Virus record (IMG/VR): IMGVR_UViG_3300037419_000693
Coordinates: 780 to 64,779 of that record
Source: a virus
Taxonomy: Duplodnaviria; Caudoviricetes
Length of the DNA: 64,000 nt
Direction: 5' to 3' (one strand)
Under the pieces are notes generated by a model. That model was not told the DNA's origin, did not search any database, and saw nothing but the letters and a program-made list of their open reading frames with translations. Numbering within the stretch: position 1 is the first letter of the stretch; each line of letters opens with the position of its first letter. This document shows positions 9,298 to 17,366 of the stretch, one piece after another. The translations under genes and the position numbers were made by a program.

Positions 9298-9933
9298 ATG
9301 TCTGACAAAGAAAAAGTTCTCGTCTTCAAAGCGTCCGTCCTTCCCGAATTGGCAACCATGAACGGCTTTGCCGACGACTCGGGTATTGCCGCACTCTACG
9401 GGAATAGAATCTTCCTGGGGGAAGTGGCCACGGATGAAAAGCCGTTCTTCAAAGACCGGGCCGAAGCGGAGACCGATGAATCGGTCAAGCAAGTCATCCC
9501 TTACATCATCATCCGTCTTAACACGGAAGGTGAGGACAAATACTTGGTCTATCAACGAACCAAGAAAGGTGGTGAGGGCCGCTTGATGGGCAAACACAGC
9601 ATCGGTATCGGTGGGCATGTCAACGAGAGCGACAAGTCCCACGATGACGGGCTATTCGCGGTCGAAGCGTTCTTCTCGTGTATACGCCGCGAGATAAAGG
9701 AAGAACTGGAAATCGACCTGTTCCCCCGCTTCCACATCCGGGGCCTTATCTACGACCCCTCAGACGCCGTGGGGCGTGTCCATTTCGGGTTCGTGGTCGA
9801 GATGATTGCCATGAACGGCAACGTCAAGCCCCGCGATGAGGCTATCTCCGATCCGCACTTCGTCACCGTCAGCAAGTTGAAGGGTATCCAGGATCTAGAG
9901 AACTGGAGCCAACTGATCCTTAAAAATCTGTAA
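9298..9933 (+). CDS. Nudix-fold hydrolase (predicted phosphoesterase type)
   Basis: KQVIPYIII, SIGIGGHVN, REIKEELEI Nudix-like box, GRVHFG. Confidence 0.85.
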   Translation: MSDKEKVLVFKASVLPELATMNGFADDSGIAALYGNRIFLGEVATDEKPFFKDRAEAETDESVKQVIPYIIIRLNTEGEDKYLVYQRTKKGGEGRLMGKHSIGIGGHVNESDKSHDDGLFAVEAFFSCIRREIKEELEIDLFPRFHIRGLIYDPSDAVGRVHFGFVVEMIAMNGNVKPRDEAISDPHFVTVSKLKGIQDLENWSQLILKNL

Positions 9934-9948
9934 GGCAGGGAAATACAT

Positions 9949-11892
9949 ATGTCAGGGTTTGCCGTCCTACATAACCACACCCACTTCAGTTTACTAAGAG
10001 GGGTGTCGAAACCAAAAGAGATAGCCAAACGATGTGCCGACATGGGTTATGGGGCGGTAGCCATGACGGACTTCGGTAACATTGGGTGTGCCGTCAAGTT
10101 CATTGCCGCCTTTGAGAAGTCGGGCATCAAGCCCATCATCGGGACCGAGCTATTCATGTGCGAGCAACCGGCGTCTGTGAGGACGCCGGATAACCACACG
10201 TACTCAAACCTGATTGTCCAGTCCAAGAACCTCAAGGGATGGAGTCAGTTGGTGAAGCTGACTAGTTTTGCCAGCAACAAAGACAACCTCGTCATGGGCG
10301 TGCCTAGGGCCGACCTAGACGGGCTGGCACCGTACGCCGATGGTAACCTCTTGGCGATTAGCGGATATCCGGGTTCGCAACTCGCGAACGCACTATTCGA
10401 ACAGCCCGAGAAGGCGTATGCCGCCACTGATTTGCAGAAAGCTGTCGACGTCTTACATCCCGACCGCATGAAGCGAATCATGAGGCTGGCCGAGCGTCAC
10501 ATCGAGATTTTTGGCAAAGAGAATTTCTTCCTAGGTATTCAGCGTAGCGGTTCCGGTGAAAGCCCCGCCCACTACATCATTGCCGAGAATATGACGTGGC
10601 TTTCGAAGAAACTGGGCATCAAACGAGTAGCTACCACCAACTCGTATTACCCGACACCGAACCGGGACAAAGACCACCGCGTCTTGATTGCAACCGCCCT
10701 CAAGTCGACGCTGAGATTCTTGGACAACACCAAGGGCACGTTCGACCCCGAAGAGAAGTTGTACAAGACTCTACTCAAGACGTTCTTCCGGTCGTCGGAC
10801 TATGCCATCCCCGACATGAAGAGTTTGAAGAACGTCCACGACGATGAGGAAATCGGCAACACCCTAGAGGTGGCCGACATGTGCGAAAGCTACGACATCC
10901 GCCGTCAACCCATCTTCCCGACATTCGATTGTCCGGATGGGATGTCGATGGATGACTACCTCTCTCACCTGTGCCGACAGACGTGGAACGCGAAAATCAA
11001 GTCTAGAGTCGACCCGGACAAGTTGCCGGAATACGTAGATAGAATCAAAAGGGAACTTGAAGTTATTAAGGGGGCCACACTCTCTGGTTACTTCCTCGTC
11101 GTCCAAGACTATGTGAATTGGGCGAAGCGTCAGGGTATGCTAGTCGGGCCGGGAAGAGGCTCGGGAGCGGGCTGCCTCACGTCGTACCTGTTGGGCATCA
11201 CGAACGTCGACCCCATACTGTACGACTTGCGGTTTGAGCGGTTCTACAACGCGGGACGTAATCAACCGGGGAAAATCTCCCTGCCTGATATCGATTGCGA
11301 CTTCCCGGTCTTGACCCGCAAGCTAGTCATCGCGTACCTCAAAGAGAAGTGCGGCACGGATATGGTTGCTCAGATTGCTACCTTCAACAGCATGAAGGGG
11401 CGTGGGGCTATTACCGACGTTCTCCGTGCTTACGGCGTCGACTTCGCGGAAGTCAAGAAAATCACGTCATGCATCCCTGAAGAAGCCCGTATCAGTGAAG
11501 AGTTGCAGGCGATGAAGGATTCAGGAGACGAACCAAGTATTATTCGTTATGCGATAGAGTCAGACCCAGAATCTTTCAAAGAGTGGGTTGAATTGAATGC
11601 CGATGGGTCATACGGAGGGACGTTTGGACCCTATTTTGAGATGGCTGTAAGGCTTGAAGGAACCAAGCGTAATATTTCGACTCACGCGGCAGCGGTCGTG
11701 TTGGCTTCCAGACCACTATCGGAAATGTGTCCGTTAATGTATGAAGATGGTGTCGACGGTTACGTTGCTTGTATGGAATATCCAGACCTAGAAGCAATGG
11801 GTCAGGTAAAATTAGATATTCTTGGCGTTGCAGCCTTAGACAAGCTTGCGGGCGTCAGAAATCTTTTGAGACATGGAAGGGTCGAAACGTGA
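9949..11892 (+). CDS. dnaE: DNA polymerase III alpha subunit, N-terminal half (PHP plus palm/thumb)
   Basis: LHNHTHFSLL PHP start, GPGRGSGAG, FERFYN, PDIDCDF, STHAAAVV, KLDILG; ends right after KLDILG plus one helix. Confidence 0.95.
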   Translation: MSGFAVLHNHTHFSLLRGVSKPKEIAKRCADMGYGAVAMTDFGNIGCAVKFIAAFEKSGIKPIIGTELFMCEQPASVRTPDNHTYSNLIVQSKNLKGWSQLVKLTSFASNKDNLVMGVPRADLDGLAPYADGNLLAISGYPGSQLANALFEQPEKAYAATDLQKAVDVLHPDRMKRIMRLAERHIEIFGKENFFLGIQRSGSGESPAHYIIAENMTWLSKKLGIKRVATTNSYYPTPNRDKDHRVLIATALKSTLRFLDNTKGTFDPEEKLYKTLLKTFFRSSDYAIPDMKSLKNVHDDEEIGNTLEVADMCESYDIRRQPIFPTFDCPDGMSMDDYLSHLCRQTWNAKIKSRVDPDKLPEYVDRIKRELEVIKGATLSGYFLVVQDYVNWAKRQGMLVGPGRGSGAGCLTSYLLGITNVDPILYDLRFERFYNAGRNQPGKISLPDIDCDFPVLTRKLVIAYLKEKCGTDMVAQIATFNSMKGRGAITDVLRAYGVDFAEVKKITSCIPEEARISEELQAMKDSGDEPSIIRYAIESDPESFKEWVELNADGSYGGTFGPYFEMAVRLEGTKRNISTHAAAVVLASRPLSEMCPLMYEDGVDGYVACMEYPDLEAMGQVKLDILGVAALDKLAGVRNLLRHGRVET

Positions 11893-12596
11893 AATACGAA
11901 GAGGTTCTTACTAGAGAGTTTTTAGAGGAAGAATATGTAAGACTAGGAAAAGGATTACAAGTTATTGCCAAAGAACAAAGTATTAAATCTCATACTTCGG
12001 TTTTGAGGGCATTAATTAAACACAACATTCCTAGAAGACAAAGAAAAAAACTCCAAGATTTAACAGGACAACAATTTGGCGATTTACAAGTTATCCGTAG
12101 AACCCAAGACAAAAATGCAAAAAGCACGTATTGGGAATGTAAATGTATATGCGGAAAAACACTAAACGTCGTCGCGTATACCCTTAAAGATGGAGGGAGT
12201 AAAACCTGTGGTTGCGGCAAGAAACGTACAGGTAGTAATAATAGAAAATGGAAGGGCTACGGCGAAATAAGTGGTAACTATTGGCGTCAAATTCGCTCTG
12301 GGGCCATAAAAAGATTATTACTATTCGAAATCACATTAGAATATGCTTGGGATTTATTCCTTAAGCAAAATCGTAAATGTGCATTGTCGGGTGTTATTCT
12401 TGTGTTTGCTGAAACAAAAAGAAGTGAGGCTACCGCATCTTTAGACAGAAAAGATTCAAGCAAGGGGTATGTAGAAGGCAACGTTCAATGGGTTCACAAG
12501 GATGTGAACTATATGAAACAGGATTTAGACGAGAGTTACTTTATCGAGATGTGCCGAAAAATTAGCAATCTCGCCAAGAGGAAACGGAAGGATTGA
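11889..12596 (+). CDS. HNH-type homing endonuclease
   Basis: AT-rich; WECKCICG...SKTCGC and ASLDRKDSSKGYVEGNVQWVHKDVN; GTG start overlapping the dnaE-N stop. Confidence 0.8.
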   Translation: MKYEEVLTREFLEEEYVRLGKGLQVIAKEQSIKSHTSVLRALIKHNIPRRQRKKLQDLTGQQFGDLQVIRRTQDKNAKSTYWECKCICGKTLNVVAYTLKDGGSKTCGCGKKRTGSNNRKWKGYGEISGNYWRQIRSGAIKRLLLFEITLEYAWDLFLKQNRKCALSGVILVFAETKRSEATASLDRKDSSKGYVEGNVQWVHKDVNYMKQDLDESYFIEMCRKISNLAKRKRKD

Positions 12597-12599
12597 GGT

Positions 12600-12947
12600 A
12601 TGAAAAATCGTGTAATAAGAGAGATGCTTGACCTGGCTACGTATAGGAATGTCGTCATCTTCGATGAGATAGCATTGCCAGGACAACTGACGCCTAGACT
12701 GATAGATGTGATTAATGACAACTTGCATCAGGTAATCTCGGGAATTATAACGTCTGAGGATGTGCAAGTCCCCAACGAAATTCTCTTGAAGTACCGAGAC
12801 CTTGCAATCTTTAAGATTGACAAGGAAGAGTATCAGGAGTGTAGGCGGTATTACCTCAACACACTTCATGGTTCGTTTGCGTCAGGCGACAAAGAATTTG
12901 GGATAGCTATGACTAGCTATCTTGGGTTTGTGCTTTTTAGCTTTTAA
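12600..12947 (+). CDS. hypothetical protein
   Basis: 115-aa ORF with GAGG upstream, in operon. Confidence 0.55.
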   Translation: MKNRVIREMLDLATYRNVVIFDEIALPGQLTPRLIDVINDNLHQVISGIITSEDVQVPNEILLKYRDLAIFKIDKEEYQECRRYYLNTLHGSFASGDKEFGIAMTSYLGFVLFSF

Positions 12948-12955
12948 GGAACAAG

Positions 12956-13645
12956 ATGCTCTACAACAAGATTATTTGCTTTGACTTCGAAACCGGCGGC
13001 AAAGACCAAAAGACGTGCGACCCGATTCAAATCGCGGCTGTTGTCATCAATCCATGGAGTCTTGAACTCTACAAGGATAAGAAGGGCGACCCCATCTACT
13101 TTGAATCGTTGATGCGACCGCTCGACTTCTCCAAATTGGAGCCGAGGGCGTTGGAGGTCAATAAGAAGACCATCGAACAGTTGGAAGCGGCCCCGCTCCA
13201 ATCGGTGGTCTGGGAACAATTCGCCTCATTCTGTGCTCAGTACACGATGCAGGGCAAATCCGATAGTTGGTCTGCCCCCATCGCGGCCGGATACAACATC
13301 AACAACTTCGACATGGTCATCGTTCAACGACTTTGCGAAACGTATAAGATGTTGAACAAGGAAGGAACTCAGTCGATTTTCCATCACGTCCATCGTCACG
13401 ACTTGATGCCAATCGTCACGCACTGGTTCAACGGTCAGAAAGAACCATCCAAGTACAACATGGACGCACTCCGAGATTATTTTGGAATGTCCAAGGAAAA
13501 CGCCCACGACGCCCTCCAAGACGTGCTCGACACCGCAGCTATCTTGTGTCGCTTCATGAAGTTAACACGCACGCTCCAAGACCCCGACAAAAAACCCCGT
13601 ATCAAGTTCAAAGACTCGTTTCGGGAAGTCGCGACCACAAAATGA
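12956..13645 (+). CDS. DEDDh 3'-5' exonuclease (Pol III epsilon-like)
   Basis: ExoI FDFETGG, ExoII GYNINNFD, ExoIII HDALQDV; lies between the dnaE halves. Confidence 0.9.
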   Translation: MLYNKIICFDFETGGKDQKTCDPIQIAAVVINPWSLELYKDKKGDPIYFESLMRPLDFSKLEPRALEVNKKTIEQLEAAPLQSVVWEQFASFCAQYTMQGKSDSWSAPIAAGYNINNFDMVIVQRLCETYKMLNKEGTQSIFHHVHRHDLMPIVTHWFNGQKEPSKYNMDALRDYFGMSKENAHDALQDVLDTAAILCRFMKLTRTLQDPDKKPRIKFKDSFREVATTK

Positions 13646-13684
13646 ACTAGGGTAGTTGGCATTTGCCAAATCGGGAACAATAAT

Positions 13685-13715
13685 GAAGTAGAGGTGGTGG
13701 CCCCACCTCTACTTC
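13685..13715 (+). promoter_or_regulatory. perfect 13-bp hairpin immediately upstream of the dnaE-C ribosome-binding site
   Basis: GAAGTAGAGGTGG-tggcc-CCACCTCTACTTC; no U-tract; GAGGA at 13721-13725 and ATG at 13729. Confidence 0.6.
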
Positions 13716-13728
13716 TGGAAGAGGAATC

Positions 13729-16173
13729 ATGAAGCCATATGACTGTAAGTGCGGCTGCTCTTTCAAGATAGACGAATCACTACCAGCGATCCACAACATC
13801 CCGTCGCTCTACTACGATGTAGACGATCTCCCGCTAGACTGTCAGATCACATGGGATCTCATTAGTAGCGGTATGACGAAGGGCGTGTTTCAGCTAGAGA
13901 GTTCGCTAGGTAAGCAGTACGCCAAAAAGCTTAAGCCGAACAGTATTGAGCACTTGTCGGCCTTGGGTGCCCTGCTTCGTCCAGGTTGTGTTTCCATAGA
14001 CACAAAAATATGTGTTTACTTAGGAGACAGACAAGGTCGTCACGTTCACTGTAAAAAAATCACAATTGGTGAACTCTACGAGAAGTTTACCAGAAACCAC
14101 GAACTGTTTGAACGTGGTATAGTCTCCCTAAACGAGAAAAACAATTTACTCTTCAATAATCAGATTGAAGATGTTATCTATTCTGGAGTGAAAAAGGTAT
14201 ACCGTCCAATTGTGAATACGATAGGACGTGTTACTGAATATAAGGATTTCTATCACCTAGAATGTACTCTAGACCATCCCCTACTCACACATGATAGAGG
14301 ATGGGTTGAACTTAAAGACTTGATTCCAGGTGAACGTATCGCCGTTCTTAAGTGGCGAAAACGAAAGTCGATAGCCAAAGTAGGCATACCAGGCCAAAAA
14401 TATTTTCGTAATATTTGCTTCGCACACTATCATAAAAAGTGTGTGTTGTGTGACTGGGACGAAGGTAGCTTAGACGTTAATCACCTAGAAGGTAATAGAA
14501 AGACCAACAACACCCCAGACAATCTCTGCTTTTTGTGTCCAAACCACCATCGAATGTATAGCGAAGGTACTGTTTCCAAAACAGCCTTAATTAAGGCTAG
14601 AAAGAAATACACTCTTCGTAATTCAGACCATATTCAATGGGCCGAATACGTTGGAAATGAATACGTCGGGGAAAAGAAGACTTACGATATTACGGTGAAT
14701 GGCCCCAACCATAATTTCATCGCTGGTAATTTCGTAGTGCATAACTGCCTCAAGGCTAAGGATGAAGACGGTGTTAGTATGACCGACCTTTTCTGTCTCC
14801 GCAAGAACGGAGAAAAAGAAATTTCATACTATGTGCCTTCTCTAGAACCCATCCTAAATAAAACATATGGAGTTCTTGTATACCAAGAACAAAGTATGGA
14901 TATCGCGGTACAGTTGGCGGGTTTTAATCCGCAAGAGGCTGATTCGCTGAGAAAAGCCATTGGCAAAAAAGACACCGACTTGATGGCAAAAACGAAGAAG
15001 GAATTCCTCGAAAAAGCTAAGAGTCTCGGTGTTGTTACTGAAGAACAAGCAGAATCGATATTTCAAAACATCGAGAAGTCGGCCCGTTATCAATTTAACA
15101 AAAGTCACTCCGTCTCCTACGGAATTATCGGATACCAAACCGCCCATGCGAAAGCACACTTCCCAATCCAGTTCTTCACATCATACCTGTTTCACGCCAA
15201 GGAAAAGCAAGACCCGCTGAGAGAAATCAAAGAACTTGTGAATGACGCTCGGGCCTTCGGCTTCGATGTCATCCCACCGAAGTTCAACGACCTTGAAGCG
15301 AACTTCAGTAACGACGGTATCGTCATCAAGTTCGGCCTCGCTGACGTCAAGGGTATTGGCTTCAACATCATCAATAAGATGAAGACGAGCATCGAGGAAG
15401 TCGAAGAGACGTGCCACAAATGCCGTACGACATGGAGTTGGTTCGACTTCCTGATATACTTCTCTGATTATGCTAATGGTGGCGTGGTTAAGAGAATGAT
15501 TGAGGTCGGGGCTATGTCCGACTACAAGCTATCTCGACAGAAGATGCTAGCCGAATATGAGATTTGGAAGTCTCTGACCGATAAGGAACAAGCACGTATC
15601 GCTCAGATGAAGTTGCCAAATCCGAATAGCGGGGGCTTGTTCCCGAGCACGGTCGAAGGTGAACCCGAGAACCTAACTCATGCTATTGAGATGTTGTTAG
15701 AGGTTCCCAAGGGTGTCGCCAATAAGAATCGACGGTCCAAGGTCGAATCCCTGCTCAAGATGCTACATAAGCCTCCACGTCCTTTGACTGACGACATTGC
15801 GTGGGTTGCCAATATCGAAGAACAGCTTTTAGGCTTGCCGATTACTGTCAATCGTGCTGACGCGAGCCATGAATCTGAGGCAAACACCACTTGTCAGGAA
15901 TATCGCGACGGCAAGGATGAAAAGGAAATGCGTCTTGGTGTCGATATCCAAGACTTCCGCGAAATCACTATTCAGAATGGAGACAATCGCGGCCGTAAGA
16001 TGTGCTTCCTGACCGTCAGCGATAAGACGTGTTCTCTGGAAGATGTGACATTGTTCAGTGATATGTACGAAAAGTACGGCAACCTGATAAGCATCGGCAA
16101 TACGATTGAGATTTGCGGTCGCAGAGATTACCGACGCGGCTCGTTTATTGTCGAAGAGGTGAAACAGCTATGA
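13729..16173 (+). CDS. dnaE: DNA polymerase III alpha subunit, C-terminal half, intein-containing
   Basis: TKGVFQLES, ALLRPG, GVLVYQEQ, LRKAIGKK, YQFNKSHSVSY, FGLADVKGIG, C-terminal OB fold. Confidence 0.95.
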   Translation: MKPYDCKCGCSFKIDESLPAIHNIPSLYYDVDDLPLDCQITWDLISSGMTKGVFQLESSLGKQYAKKLKPNSIEHLSALGALLRPGCVSIDTKICVYLGDRQGRHVHCKKITIGELYEKFTRNHELFERGIVSLNEKNNLLFNNQIEDVIYSGVKKVYRPIVNTIGRVTEYKDFYHLECTLDHPLLTHDRGWVELKDLIPGERIAVLKWRKRKSIAKVGIPGQKYFRNICFAHYHKKCVLCDWDEGSLDVNHLEGNRKTNNTPDNLCFLCPNHHRMYSEGTVSKTALIKARKKYTLRNSDHIQWAEYVGNEYVGEKKTYDITVNGPNHNFIAGNFVVHNCLKAKDEDGVSMTDLFCLRKNGEKEISYYVPSLEPILNKTYGVLVYQEQSMDIAVQLAGFNPQEADSLRKAIGKKDTDLMAKTKKEFLEKAKSLGVVTEEQAESIFQNIEKSARYQFNKSHSVSYGIIGYQTAHAKAHFPIQFFTSYLFHAKEKQDPLREIKELVNDARAFGFDVIPPKFNDLEANFSNDGIVIKFGLADVKGIGFNIINKMKTSIEEVEETCHKCRTTWSWFDFLIYFSDYANGGVVKRMIEVGAMSDYKLSRQKMLAEYEIWKSLTDKEQARIAQMKLPNPNSGGLFPSTVEGEPENLTHAIEMLLEVPKGVANKNRRSKVESLLKMLHKPPRPLTDDIAWVANIEEQLLGLPITVNRADASHESEANTTCQEYRDGKDEKEMRLGVDIQDFREITIQNGDNRGRKMCFLTVSDKTCSLEDVTLFSDMYEKYGNLISIGNTIEICGRRDYRRGSFIVEEVKQL
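13987..14745 (+). mobile_element. intein (253 aa) with embedded HNH endonuclease in dnaE-C
   Basis: Begins CVSIDTKI after RPG; block B TLDHPLLT; ends YDITV...NFVVHN followed by +1 Cys; internal CVLC..DVNHLEG...NLCFLCPNHH; AT-rich. Confidence 0.93.
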
Positions 16174-16676
16174 TTGAAGATATCAAGTCCCTTCTAAGAA
16201 AAAGGGACTACATCACGACAGTAAAGCAGACAGAAGCCGGATGTATTATCCAATATCCACACCCTAAGTTAGTACGTGGCGGCATCCGACTTCTCGAACG
16301 CTACAACATCAACCGTGGGGACGAATCGGGCGTGCGTGTTCTCACGAGCTATATGGATGAAGAACAATTCATTCCAGTTCCCGAATACGCCATCCGGTTG
16401 TTCATCTCGACCGAGATGTCTATCTGCTGTGCTCAAATTGGCATCAATATTAACTTAGTTGACTACCTGGATACTAATGGCAAACTCGTCGATGGGTTGA
16501 ATGAACTCATTGACCCGCCCACGGTATCGGGTGATTTGCAAAGGGAGGGCTTCTTAAGCAAATTGTTCATTGAAGCGAAAGTTGACAATTTCCCGTCCGA
16601 ATTCGAAAAGGTGGCCGAAACCCACAACGTCGTGGATGGCTACCAAATCTTACAGAAATTTTTTAAGGATGCCTAA
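16170..16676 (+). CDS. hypothetical protein
   Basis: ATGA overlap with the dnaE-C stop. Confidence 0.6.
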   Translation: MIEDIKSLLRKRDYITTVKQTEAGCIIQYPHPKLVRGGIRLLERYNINRGDESGVRVLTSYMDEEQFIPVPEYAIRLFISTEMSICCAQIGININLVDYLDTNGKLVDGLNELIDPPTVSGDLQREGFLSKLFIEAKVDNFPSEFEKVAETHNVVDGYQILQKFFKDA

Positions 16677-16678
16677 TA

Positions 16679-17155
16679 ATGAGTGATATGAATCTTTGCA
16701 TTTTTGAAGGAAACCTCACCCGCGACCCCGAGCTAAGCCAGGCTGGCGAAACCAGTGTCGTGCGTTTTACCGTTGCGGTCAACACGAAGCGAGGTAAAGG
16801 TAAGGAACGTACCGCCTTTGCTGACTGCGAAGCGTGGGATAAGGGGGCAGAACTTATCGCCAAGCACTTTGAGAAGGGAAAGCCGATTCGTGTCTTTGCC
16901 GAATGTCTTACAGACAAGTATGAGAAGGACGGCAAGACGGTATATAGAACCAAGTTCCGCGTCAACGAGTTCTTCTTCGTGAACCGTGGGGCTGGTGCGG
17001 GTCAGACCGAAGGTGGCGAAGAAGCCCCATCGACCCCAGCCCCTAAGAGTGCGGCACCGAAGGCGTCAACCACAAAGACGACTCGTAAGCCCGCTCCAAA
17101 ACCCGAGCCGGAAGATGACGGCGGCGAGAGTGGCGACGAGGAAATTCCGTTCTGA
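16679..17155 (+). CDS. ssb: single-stranded DNA-binding protein
   Basis: GNLTRDPEL, FTVAVN, CEAW, KGKPIRV; acidic tail ending EEIPF. Confidence 0.95.
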   Translation: MSDMNLCIFEGNLTRDPELSQAGETSVVRFTVAVNTKRGKGKERTAFADCEAWDKGAELIAKHFEKGKPIRVFAECLTDKYEKDGKTVYRTKFRVNEFFFVNRGAGAGQTEGGEEAPSTPAPKSAAPKASTTKTTRKPAPKPEPEDDGGESGDEEIPF

Positions 17156-17156
17156 T

Positions 17157-17366
17157 ATGAGTAACCTAAAATATGAGGGGCTGCAACACGGCCCCTCTTA
17201 TGGTGTCGCACGACTTCTTACGCAAGGAAAGGTCCGTTCAGGTCAACGGGCTTATGTGGGCGAAAGGGGGCTGGTGACTGCCCGTAGGAAACGCGGACTT
17301 TGCATCGGCAGGTTCAAGGAATATCATCATGACGGCTCTGCCGATGTGTACGTAAGGTTATTTTAA
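17157..17366 (+). CDS. small hypothetical protein
   Basis: 69-aa ORF filling the gap between ssb and the glycosyltransferase; TAATG coupling. Confidence 0.5.
   Translation: MSNLKYEGLQHGPSYGVARLLTQGKVRSGQRAYVGERGLVTARRKRGLCIGRFKEYHHDGSADVYVRLF

Noticed and set aside
11800-13990. Split intein or group I intron rejoining the dnaE halves
   Set aside because: No intein N-fragment ends dnaE-N and none begins dnaE-C; the gap is filled by three ORFs and dnaE-C has its own RBS; no intron core was recognised (not excluded experimentally)
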